Below, piece by piece: positions 26,926-46,448 of a stretch of DNA of 64,000 nucleotides. Positions within the stretch are counted from its first letter, which is position 1; each line of letters opens with the position of its first letter. This DNA comes from Amoebidium appalachense (taxonomy: Eukaryota > Protista > Ichthyosporea), in assembly GCA_963693365.1 (NCBI GenBank), contig CAVNZM010000006.1, positions 4,567,264 to 4,631,263 on the forward strand, in the 5' to 3' direction. A program made the position numbers and the translations under genes. The notes under the pieces are model-generated. The model was not told the origin of the DNA and made no database searches. It saw only the letters and a program-made list of their open reading frames with translations.

Positions 26926-26961
26926 TCACACACACACTCACATGCGCATACACACGCGTAC

Positions 26962-27005
<44 letters not shown>

Positions 27006-27087
27006 TACTCACACACACATACACACACACGCACACGCACACACGCACGCACGCATGCACGCACGCACACGCACGCACACACACACA

Positions 27088-27148
<61 letters not shown>

Positions 27149-28278
27149 GACCGACAAGGCCCGGCAGTTCTTTTCAGCCGACTATCGAGATCTCATTTCA
27201 GAGTTCTCGAAGCCAACAAGTAAGTAACCGCCAATCTCTCTTTTCAGTTTCTTTTCATCTTTCTTCTCTGATCTTACAGTGTGATGGCTGTATGTGTTTT
27301 GAGGCCACTTGCTATGTCTTATCTACACTAAAAATAATCCACCTCTCTCTCGCACAGCCTTTCAACGGCTAACGGTTCAATACAGACTACAGACTCTCTG
27401 GAAACTTTCCATCTAAAATGACGTCACACTGAGATACTTCCATATGTATTTCAGTGTGACGTCACATGCCATTGCGATTTTAGCCGGCGGCGGCAAAATT
27501 TTGGTAGTCTGACAGCGTAGTCTGTTTTGAACCGTTGTCCTTAAGGAGAAAAGGTTCAAAACCGACTATGTACGCCGTCAGACTAGCAAAATTTAGCCGC
27601 CACCAGCTGAAATTGCTGTCATGTAACTGCAGCCTGAGATACTTCCATATATCGAAGTATCTCAGTGTGACGTCATTTCAGATTGAAATTTTCCCGGAAG
27701 TCTGTAGTGTGACGGGGTACGTAGTCTTTTTTAAACCATTAGTCGTTACTGGACTGCTTTTCCTGGCCCATTACTTTTCTGCAGCACAAATTGCTGTTTA
27801 AGATGACAAAGGGTTCTAACCCAATTTGCTTGGCTTTACATCTTATTCCCCCAGGGATAAGAGTTGTATACAATCCGTTGCCTCCAAAAATAACTTCCCC
27901 ATTACTTGTTTGTTGTGAGCCTAGGGGTTAACCGGTGGAAAGGGGAAAGGACGAAGAAGGGGGGGGGGGGGGGGGGAGGGGGGGGAGGGGGGGGGAGAGA
28001 GAGAGAGTGGGGAGGTGATTTAATCACATGGTAGGAGTTTCTCTTCCTTTTAGGTAGCTCCTTCCGGTCTGTCCACGGGATCATTATCAGGAATAGGTAA
28101 TTCTAAATTTAAAATTTAGCATAAAACATTCGAACTTAAAGGTGCCACCCGGAAAGTTTTCACTTTTTCCTCCTAGGTGTAAAGCCTCTAAGATCCTGTT
28201 GGTTTTTACTGCTGGTAGACAGGGAGAAGGGTGGGAGGTGGGGGACCAGGGTGTAGTGGTGTGTGTGTGTGTGCGTGC

Positions 28279-28331
<53 letters not shown>

Positions 28332-28762
28332 TGTTGTAAATGTGGTGTGGATGTGGTGTGGATGTGTGGAAGGGAAGGGTCGGGGGGGACAGGGGGGGAG
28401 GGGGTGGTGAAGATAAGAGGGGGCGGGGGGGGGGGGGGGGGGGGGGGAGAAGTGAAAATGTGGAGTGGGGTTGAGGGGAGGAGAATGGGGGGGAGGGGGG
28501 GAGGGGCAAACATAGAGTCTAACGACTTGCGGTTGTGTGCAGATCCGTCCCTGCGTAAGATGTTGCTGGCACTCCCCCCCACAGCACACAGTGACAAGTT
28601 TTATGTCAAGGACGTCGATCTCCAATCAGGTACAGGATTTATTTTTAGTTTTTAGCTTTAAATCCCACGTGCCCACCTGAGGCCTATACAAACGCGACAT
28701 GTACTTTGGGCACACGATCACTGCAACAAACAGTAATAGGCTGACTTTCCCATACCCTGTCC

Positions 28763-28803
<41 letters not shown>

Positions 28804-29230
28804 ACACACACACACGCACGCACAAAAACAACAACAGCTAACACATACACAGGCTTTGGGATCCTGAATGCATTACTGGTGCACAAGGCAGCCCCTCCCT
28901 TCCCCTAGGCCTCCCCCCCCCCCCCCCCCCCCCCCCCCCTCCCCGGGTCCCCGGTGCCCCCAGGCTCTTTTTTCTTTGGACATGGGCTCTATTTTCCTAC
29001 TTTTTTTTATTGTTTTATAGAATCTATGGTTGTGGTGTGTATGGTCCTAGTGTGCTTATTTTTGCGTATCTGCACTGTGCGTTTAACCATGGATGTTTTG
29101 TAGGTTTTACCTGACTAACTCATTCACGCATACACTCACGCACGCACTTACTCACCAACATATACACAGGCACACGTGTACACGTGCACGCGCACGCACA
29201 AACGTGTATGCGCACGACGATGCACACACG

Positions 29231-29295
<65 letters not shown>

Positions 29296-29585
29296 GCCCC
29301 CCCCTCCGGCCCCTTCCCCGCCCCAAAAATAAATAAATCTAAATAAAATTTAATATATAATGGATAAAACAGTGGTGCGGCCTATGATAGAAAAGATAGC
29401 TACCGATTTGGGGCTGGACACAATCGACATGAGGGCAGTACTGGCCGCAAAATCGGTCGAGGCGGAGCAGGAGGAGAGGTGGGACATCGTTTTTTACCTC
29501 CCAAAATTTTTTTTTCTTTTCTTTTTTCTTTTTTTTTTGGGGGGGAAATTTTTTTCTTGTGTGTGTGTGTGTGTGTGTGTGTGTT

Positions 29586-29620
<35 letters not shown>

Positions 29621-30004
29621 GTGTGTGTGTGCGCGCGTGCTTGCATGTGTGTGTGTGTGTGTGTGTGCCTGTGTGCCTGTGTATGTGTGTGTGTGTGTTT
29701 GTGTGTGTGTGCGTGCGTGTGTGTGTGCGTGCGTGTGTGTGTGTGTGTGTGTGCGCGCACGCGTGTGCGTGTGTGCAAGTATGGGTGTGGGTGGGTGGGT
29801 GACTGAGTGGCACCGTGACTGGGTAGCTGGGTGTGCAGGTTGAGTGAGCCGGAAAGGAGGTGAAAGCAAAAAAGCACGCAACTGCACTCTGCCGACCTCC
29901 CCCCCCCCCCCCCCTCCCCCCCTTCTTCCACTTTCTGCTCCCCTCACCCCTCCTCCCTCGCCCCCCATCCGCCCCCCCCCCTCCCCCCCCCCCCCATTCG
30001 TGAG

Positions 30005-30048
<44 letters not shown>

Positions 30049-30245
30049 ATGGCTTCACCCACACAAGCAATCGCACGTTTACATACCATGTCGGTGTCTC
30101 CGTTGTTGTTGTACTTTGCATGTGTGGAATTGCCTACATTATAAAATGTATGTAGACAATGGCATTACACTTTGTATATGCACGGCCCGATGCATGCTTA
30201 ACCGTGAACGTGGAACAAAAGGAGAGGAAGGAAATGGGATTGGAA

Positions 30246-30278
<33 letters not shown>

Positions 30279-30381
30279 GGGAAGGGGAGGGGAGGGGGGG
30301 GGGGGGAGGAGGAGGGGGGAGGGGTTAGCGTTAGTGAAATGTACGGGCACGGATTGCATTCTGGTTTTCTAACCTTTTGCT

Positions 30382-30413
<32 letters not shown>

Positions 30414-30552
30414 TTTTTTTTTTCCCCCTCTTGTGGGCAGTTTTTGCATGGGGGAGGTGGGTGACGGGGTGCATCCGTGTGCAAGAGGTGCTGCAAAGAT
30501 GGCGGCAGCAGCGTCAAAGGCCGTACGTGATTGGATGAGCAGCAGCCAATAG
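24402..30552 (+). CDS. SGNH/GDSL hydrolase (acetylesterase/lipase-like), copy 1, ~282 aa
   Basis: Exons 24402-24577, 25762-25957, 26551-26651, 27149-27219, 28543-28629, 29373-29478, 30441-30552, phase-consistent. Blocks IACLGDSLTYG, NFG, LLGTND, DGVHP. N-terminal hydrophobic segment. Confidence 0.9.
27371..27740. mobile_element. Foldback/MITE-like palindromic insertion in SGNH copy 1 intron 4
   Basis: Imperfect ~370-bp palindrome centred on CCTTAAGG (27539-27546); arms ACTACAGACT...AAATGACGTCACACTGAGATACTTC and its reverse complement. Absent from the same intron of copy 2. Confidence 0.75.
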
Positions 30553-31211
30553 AAACGATCCATACGAGCAAAGGTGATGTGTGATTGGATAAACAGAAAA
30601 TAAAAGTGACAAGGTGGTGTGTAATGGGATAAACATGCATTCGGAATGACACATATGCACTGGTATCCATATTTCGTTCATGACAGAGATATCAATGGTA
30701 AATGAGCGCACCTTCAACAGACGCAATAACACACACACACGCACACATGCATGCATACACACGAACACACACACACACACACACACGAATACACACACAC
30801 ATGCATGCATGCATACACACGAACACACACACACACACACGCACGAATACACACACACATACGCATACACACACACGAGCACATACATACATACACACAC
30901 AACACACAACCAAACACACACACGAACACGATTTGCATACAAACGCGAAACACGTGCACATGAACACGCGCACACCAGGAGCACACGAACACATGCCAAC
31001 ACACGTCACACACACACACATGAACACATATAAAATGACATACACTGTGGTAAGCGCGGTTGTGCGCAACACACCTTGTATGAGCTCTTTTTATGCGTGT
31101 GTGTGCTGGGAGGGGGGGGGGGGGATTTCTCTGGTGCACATATACCTGTCAGACTCTGTACTCGGCATGTGCGGTGATATAACCCAGTAATCCGGATCCC
31201 CAGTCGCAAAG

Positions 31212-31404
31212 GTTAACTTTGTGTTCATACTAAGTTATCCGTAAGTTAACTTTGTGTTCATGCTAGGTTACTCTAAAGTTAACTCTGTGCTCATACTAAG
31301 CTACCCTAAAGTTAACTTTGTGTTCATACTAAGTTACCCTAAAGTTATTTTTGTGTTCATACTAAGTTACCCAATAGTTAACTTTGTGTTCATGAATAGT
31401 TACC
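31212..31404. repeat. 33-bp minisatellite (~6 units) GTTAACTTTGTGTTCATACTAAGTTACCCTAAA
   Basis: Units start at 31212, 31245, 31278, 31311, 31344, 31377; no spacers. Confidence 0.9.
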
Positions 31405-32234
31405 TCGAGAAGACTTCTCGACCGAAATGCTTTCTGTCTGCCTGACGGGGCAGAAAAAAATGATATTGTAACTATATTGTACAGATTTAAATTACCAGTA
31501 AATTTAATGTAGTCGCATAGGGGCCGGTTCCCGTATGCATGAATCGTTGAACAAAATATAAAAATTTCTGTATCATGAAAGGATATGCAACAATGTCAAG
31601 GAATCTTAGAATCTATTGCGTTCTATTCTTCGTTTTGATTGGGACCTTTTTATAGACTCCATGGTTTGAAAGTAATGAATTTCAGGGATCAGCCTAATGC
31701 CACCTAATAATTTAGGAGGTCGTTCAGAAACGCAAGACCCTCCATATCATTCTCATATTTTCTCGATGTTGACTAAATATGTTTATATGTTCACAAACAG
31801 TGTAAGGGCAAATAAGCCGTCACATTAATTTTTGTCCGCACCAAATGGTGCCAGGTGGCAACCACTGTAACTTTTGCCTGATTACTTCAAACCCTGCTCA
31901 TTAGAGTGGCTCACCAATGAGTCACAGACTGTACACCATGTGTTATGATGTGTACACATGCGGAGCTATTGCGGACGAAACGTTTGTTTTGTGCACACAG
32001 CGTGACCGTTATTGTCAAAGTTTTCATACGCAGTGACATTTTGTAGGTTGTAGGTTTTGCCACGGAACCACACCGTCCACAGTGTCACACACATTGTGAG
32101 CCATCTAGACAGCTGACATATATACCTCTGCCTTTTCTTCTTACCGATTAGTAACACTCCCAGTTACTTTCAGGATCCCTCTTCTTTATTTTCCCAATTC
32201 TTCTTGCAGCAGCATCGACTCGCATGCATTGAAA

Positions 32235-39594
<7,360 letters not shown>

Positions 39595-39996
39595 AAACGA
39601 TCCATATGGATAAAGGTGATGTGTGATTGGATAAACAGGCAGTTGGAAGGGCACAAACACACGGGTTTCCATATTTAGCTCACCCAAGCAATGTGAAGGA
39701 TTAGAGGCTAGGGCTAAAAAAAAGAAGAAGAAAAAAGACTAGTATAGCAAGCATTTGGATATGTATGTACGTGGGGGTGAAGTCACCAAAATGCCTAACT
39801 ACACACACTGTTGTTCGAATCTGGCAATCACGGATGTGCACACACACAACACACGCACGAACACACGCGTGAGCGCACACACACACACGCAAACACATGG
39901 AAACACAGGAACACATAATAACGTGACATACACTGTGATAAGTGCTCGTGTACGTTCACACCTTGCATGAGCTCTTTTTGTGTGTGTGCCTGGGGG

Positions 39997-40032
<36 letters not shown>

Positions 40033-40055
40033 TTGTTATCTTAGTATTGCATCCG

Positions 40056-40092
<37 letters not shown>

Positions 40093-40240
40093 GCTTTATT
40101 CCACTTGCTTTATGTCAAAGAGAGAAAAAGGGCTGGTGTACAAGTACTTCTAGTGTACATATTTCTCTGGTGCACATATACCTCTGCCTCTGTACTCAGC
40201 ATGGCATTGCACGGTGAGAACCTAATCCCCAGTTTTAGCG

Positions 40241-40402
40241 GTTAACTTTGTGTTCATCCCAAGTTACATGTAAGTTAACTTTGTGCTCATACCAAGTTAC
40301 CCGTAAGTTAACTTTGTGTTCATACCAAGTTACCCTAAAGTTAACTTTATGTTCATACCAAGTTAGTACCACAAGTTAACTTTGTGTTCATACTAAGTTA
40401 CC
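40241..40402. repeat. 33-bp minisatellite (~5 units), paralog of the 31212 array
   Basis: Same unit, downstream of SGNH copy 2. Confidence 0.9.
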
Positions 40403-40723
40403 TCGAGAAGACTTCTCGACCGAAATGCCATCTGCCTGACTGGGCAGAAAATGATCCAGTAACCAAAGATTGCAAACCTTAAGTGTTATTCCCCTGTATA
40501 GTGTTAGTTTAGTAGCATAAGTGTAATGTACAGTAGTGCACATACGGGCCGGTTCCCGTGTGAATAAGTCGTTGGACATCAACATTTCCGTATTACGAAA
40601 GTGTCTGGACAAAGTAACATGTCTCCACCTCCCTCTCGAACTTCACCGGGATCAATTGCAAACCAACGGTAACCCCCCCCCCCCCTCCCCCCGCCCCTCG
40701 GGGCCCCACCTCCGTAACACCGT

Positions 40724-40764
<41 letters not shown>

Positions 40765-40945
40765 CACACTGTGACACACACACACTTTCCCCACATCTCC
40801 CCCCCATCCCCCCGACCCCGTCATCCCCCCCCCTTACCCATCCCATTCCCCCAGCACACACAAACACACCACACACCATATATAGCACCATATTTTCCCC
40901 ACATCTTCTCCCCCTGCTTCCCCTCCCACCCCCCCCACCTCCCGG

Positions 40946-40977
<32 letters not shown>

Positions 40978-41096
40978 CACACAACACACAACACACATTC
41001 ATACATCTTGAGCTGCCACGTACGCGTGGTGGCAATTTGTTGGCTCTATCCCGTGGTTGTTGCGGTGGTGGTGGTGTATATGCGTGTGTGTGTGTG

Positions 41097-41138
<42 letters not shown>

Positions 41139-41226
41139 ACGTGTATGTGTGTTTTGGGGGGGGGGGGGGGGGGTAGGTAACTTGTGATACTGGCACGCAT
41201 AGAGGGTTTTCGTGCGTGTGTTGGCT

Positions 41227-41294
<68 letters not shown>

Positions 41295-42083
41295 CGTGCG
41301 CATGCGCACGCGTGAACAATTGATGTGTGTGTGTAGCACACTGTGTGTGCGTGCGGTTTTGTGACTGGAACGCTGTGGTTGTGCATGCACACTTCTTTAA
41401 GCCTTGTGTGTGTGTGTGTGTGGTTTGTGGGGGGGGGGGAGGGAGGGGGGGGGGGGAGGAATATATTGCACGTGCATGCAGGGGTCGATATCTACATTAC
41501 TGCTAAGAAGATCTGCTTCATACACTAACTTGCCTGTTGTATTCTTCTTTTTCTTTTTTTCTTCGAGTGAAAAGTGGTGACTGAGTAGTTAGGGAGGGAG
41601 GGGGGGGGGGAGGGAGGGGGGGGGGGGGGGGGGGGGGGAGGTGTGGCTGCATTTACGGGTTTGTATTTACATGTTTAATCGTACACAAAAATAAAGCGGG
41701 GAAACCCCCATTCCAGTCTAAGCTTTCAACGATATAATAAAAACCCAGAGAACTGTTAAAAAAATGGATTGATTTAGCTACCAGTCGCATAGGTAACAAA
41801 ATTCAGAATAGCAAAAAAAAAAAAAAAAAAAAAAAAACCCCGAAAGGAAGAAAAAGAAAACATTTCCACTACACCACTGCCCAACCCCTCCCCAAGCACC
41901 CCCGTCCCCTCCCCCAAGTACATCACACATAATACCACGTGCAGTCTTCTAAATTTCATTCATTCATACGCACACTACAACAACCATTCGCCTCCAACCA
42001 ACATCTCCCCCCCCCCCCCCCCCCCCCCCCCCTCCCCCCGCAGGGACAATCACGTTTCCGCTACACCACCACAGCCCACCTCA

Positions 42084-42145
<62 letters not shown>

Positions 42146-42171
42146 CTCCCACCCCCTCCACAAGCACACTC

Positions 42172-42672
42172 TCACCCCATCCCCCCATCACCACCACCCA
42201 TCATCTCTTCCCTCAATTCCGCAAAAATCCCCTCCTCCTCAAACTGTTTCAGTTGTCGTAAGAACGCGCCGTTTGGCAGGGCCATCAACCTCCTACTCTG
42301 CACCAATCGCATCGCTTCATCCACGCCTTTACCATATTTAGAAGCGACGTACGCTACCACTACCGTCGCCGACCGGGACCTACCCGCAGCGCAATGAACC
42401 AACACCCCACCCCCCTCCTTCCTCCCCTCTTCGATAAATCGCATGCACGTTCTAATCTCGTCTCTCCCAATGTCCTGTAGTAAACTATCATCCCAATCCA
42501 GGTCGATAAACCTCACCCCCATCTCGGATTTCATGGTTTGCCTAAGCGATGCGTGGTGTGGGAATAGGTGCAGGCCGCGCGCCGCACACACCACCCGTTT
42601 AATGTTGTGCGCTTTGAAGAATTCGACGTTTGTGGATGAGGAATGGCCTCCAAGAAAAAGCGCCCCTTCGTT
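42172..42672 (-). CDS. Dual-specificity protein phosphatase catalytic domain (terminal exon)
   Basis: LFLGG, WDD acid loop, VLVHCAAGRSRSATVVVAY, PNGAFLRQL. Acceptor gcgcag| at 42673. Upstream exons unresolved. Confidence 0.88.
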   Translation of the reverse strand, partial: NEGALFLGGHSSSTNVEFFKAHNIKRVVCAARGLHLFPHHASLRQTMKSEMGVRFIDLDWDDSLLQDIGRDEIRTCMRFIEEGRKEGGGVLVHCAAGRSRSATVVVAYVASKYGKGVDEAMRLVQSRRLMALPNGAFLRQLKQFEEEGIFAELREEMMGGGDGGMG

Positions 42673-42813
42673 CTGCGCAAAAAGAATGATTATAATTAGC
42701 CACAGCCAAAAAAAAAAAAAAAAAGAAAAAAAAAAGAAAAGAAAACAGAAAGAAAGAAAGGGAAGAAAGGTGTGATACTGAGGTTGCACGAACATGTTAT
42801 CAGGTATATCGAG

Positions 42814-42859
<46 letters not shown>

Positions 42860-42861
42860 CC

Positions 42862-42899
<38 letters not shown>

Positions 42900-43325
42900 A
42901 CCCTCCCCCCAACCCCACCCCACCACCACCACCACACACAACTTGCCTCTCTTTGCCTTCCCCGAGTCCCCAACATCCCCCTCCTCCCCCCCCCCCCCCC
43001 CCTCCCCCCCCCCCCCCCGCCCCTTTCCACCGCAAAAAATAAAACCAAAAACAAAACAAAACATGAAAACAATAAGAAAATGGGACCAAAAATAAAAGAA
43101 GAGAGCATCTGAAACACTAAACATTCGGTGTATCCAGTACGCTCAAAGCTACAACATTTCCTCTTGCTTTGCACCCCTGCCCTTGCCACTTCCTCCCCTT
43201 TCCGCACCCTCCTCTCCCCTCTGCAACCCAAAAGTCCTCTCCTCTTCTAACAGGAACAAAACTCGAAATGCTCAGCGTTTACCTGAAACAAATCCCAGTG
43301 TTGTTACTACGACTGTAGGATCCCC

Positions 43326-43360
<35 letters not shown>

Positions 43361-44095
43361 ACCCCCTCCCCCCCCCCCCCTCCCTCATCTCACTGATGGA
43401 TCATCCACCCGCCTTTTAAACTCACACAACGCTACGAACACACGACAGCAGCATCAACCTCCACCTTCCAAACTCAACTTTCATCCCCCCCCCCCCCCCC
43501 CCCCCCCCCCCTCCCTGGATGGGTATCTGCCCTCTTTCCCCCTCCCTCTCTGTCTGAGAAGTAGAACCCTCTCCCCCCTCTGCCCCTAGCCCCCCCCCCC
43601 CCCCCCTCCCTCCCTCTCTCCTCCCCCCTTTCCCCCCTCCCCTCATCAATATCTACCCCCCCCCCCCCCCCCCCCCGGAAGCTCGCACATAACATGTCCG
43701 CCCCGTCTGTTCCCGTCTCTGGGCACACACACACACACACACGCACAAAAACACACACACACACACACACACATGCCATTATTGCCCTTTCCCCGTGACA
43801 CACACACAACCACATACCCCCCTCCCCCCCCTTTCCCCCCCATTCTTGATCCACAATAGTATCGCCTGCCCCCCCCCCCCCCCCCTCCCCCCCCCACCTC
43901 CTCACCCCTTCCACCCTCCTCCTCCCCCTTCCTTCCCCACTGTCGCCTGCCCCCCCCCTCCCCCCCTTCGCCCAACCCCTTTCCTCCCTCCCCCCCTCCT
44001 CCCCCTCCTCTTCCCCCCCCCCCCCCCCCCTCCCCCTCCCCCCCCCCCCCCCCCCCCCCCCCCCCCGTCTCTCCACACAGCGCACGACCTCTCAC

Positions 44096-44642
44096 CCACT
44101 TTGTCGGGGTTCGAAAACAAAATAACCGACGGCAGACGCGGATAACTGTACTCAATGGCAGCCAGTAGGTGTGTCTCATTCCTTATTGCGCACCTGTGGT
44201 AGTCCGTAATGTAAAACCGGTCATTTTTGTCCCGGTTTTTCTTGCGTTCGTGTGGCTCAAAGGTGGGAAAGTGGACTTCTCCAGAGAAATCAACAAAGGA
44301 AAACGGGGAATCAATGGGATCCAGTTCCTTCAAAGCTCTACTTTTTTCTAACATTCGCTGTTTCAACTGCTCAAAGCTCCCAGTTGATGTTAGCTCATCA
44401 TCCGAACAGGAACGCGCAAGCTTCATGCATGTTTCAGCATCTTCCTCTTTCCATACAACTTGCATCGTATTCTTCTGTGTGTATGCCAAGTCAACTCTCC
44501 ATGCAGGCTTTTTCCTTTTGCCCACGGTTTGCCAGTTTTCACCATCTTCAACGGAGGAGTTAGCACGTTTTTCTAGAGATTCCACAGGTGGTTTTGCCAC
44601 AGCAGATCTATTGGGTAGTGGAGGAGGTGGTGGTAGAGTCAT
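44096..44642 (-). CDS. First exon of an uncharacterised protein (182 aa), possibly the N-terminus of the DUSP gene
   Basis: Non-repetitive ORF from ATG 44642 (caacaATG context) to a gtgag donor; promoter-like region upstream. Linkage to DUSP not established. Confidence 0.6.
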
Positions 44643-45371
44643 TGTTGTGTTAATCGTGCAAACACAAGGCCGCTATTAGCCATAGAAAGGGTGTAGTTGA
44701 CTGTTCGGCTCGTGCACAACGCTTTACATACTAGGGGAACATCGAATTTACCGTAAGTGGTGTGCGAAAGTTTGCTCAAGCATTATCATGCATTGAAGAG
44801 TTTGAGGCTACCCGGGCACTATTTTCTATTTCTATTTGTAGTTGGAGTCTGCCAGCTGGTCGTTGGAAAAACAACCAGCGTGTAGGCTCCGGCGGCTGGC
44901 TAGTGTGATAAAAAGCGAATAGGAAACGCCGACCACGCGAACGAATAGCCAAATTTGGCTAAAAAGTGCACAATTCAATGAATCAGATCAACCCAGCTGC
45001 AGAGCTCCGCTGTGACAAGCTGCAGTGCAAACTCGAAATCACGGAGAGGCAGTTTGGTCCGTGCCTCCAAGAGACAGCCAAGTGGCAACAGGAACGCGTT
45101 GTTTGACCGTGTGTGCATCAGAGTGTATGGTCAGGAGGTACATCATGTGTCAGAATGGGCGGAGGACCCACGTTCATGTGTGGTGTTTATAGGGGCCAAC
45201 AGAGCAGCAACCACGCACTCCTGATTATAAGTGTATGTGCCAGGCGGAGCGGACAGCTGTGTGAGCGAGGGAGGGCTTTATCGTGACGTGTGTCGGTGTC
45301 AGGTGGTAGGAGCCGGAGGAGGGGGGCAGGAAACAAAAACGCAGAGAGCAAAGTGTGTGTATGTGTGTGAA

Positions 45372-45420
<49 letters not shown>

Positions 45421-45680
45421 ACGGTCCACATTCCTCTTTTGGGAACACACGTTTTCGACTCCTACGTACCCGTAGGTTGCAAACGGCCGAAACCGCGCAT
45501 TTACTTTAAGACCATGTGCACGCACAGGGCAGTAGCGAAACCACCCACATACACAGTATGTTTCCAGTGTATCAGCGTATCGTAGCGACAGGTGGGGAGG
45601 GGGTAGAGAGGATGCAAGGGGGAGGCAGAGGTTTAAATTCGCACGGAGGGTAGGTGTGGGTGGGTGAGGAGGGGCTGGAT

Positions 45681-46187
45681 CTAGTTTTGGACATAGGCCA
45701 GCTTGCGCGACTTCATGACGGTCCACTTGTGGCGCTTGTAGTAGAGCGCAACACCAGCAGACATGCCCAGGAGCAGCATCGCCTGTGTGTGTGTGTGTGT
45801 GTATGTGTGGAAGGGGGAGGAGGAGTGATGTTAGGATAAGGTATGCTGGGCACGGTGCACGGTGCACGTGGTGGTGTGTGTGTGTGTGTGTGTGGTGGGG
45901 GGGGGGGGGGGGGGTCAGGTTGTATTGCGCAGTAACGGGCAAAAGTTCACTGGGCATAACGTGGTGGTGGATGTGGTGTGTAGTGGCGAATGTGGTGTGT
46001 GCGGGTGCGTGCTTGGGTGGTGGTCGTGGTGGTTGCAGTGTGTGTGTGCACACGTGCATCTGTTCCCACGCGTGTATGGGCCCGGCGAGAGGCGGGTTGT
46101 AAATAAAAAGAATGCAACTACGAGTCGCAAGCTTGTGTGCGCGCGCATGCAAACACTGAGTGACAGAGTGACAGCCTGCCAGGAGAG

Positions 46188-46228
<41 letters not shown>

Positions 46229-46328
46229 AAACACGAAACAAAAACGCCCCCCGCTCCTCTTCCCCAGGTGCCTCGTTACTCCCACCGTCTCCCTCCCTCA
46301 GTACGTGTGTGTTGTTCTTTCCCCCCCG

Positions 46329-46360
<32 letters not shown>

Positions 46361-46400
46361 ACCCTCCCATCGGGTACATTTTTGTAACCACGTGCATCCA

Positions 46401-46448
<48 letters not shown>

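Noticed and set aside
31212-31404. 33-bp repeats as a CRISPR array (also 40241-40402)
   Set aside because: Units are contiguous with no unique spacers, there are no cas genes, and the context is eukaryotic; this is a minisatellite.
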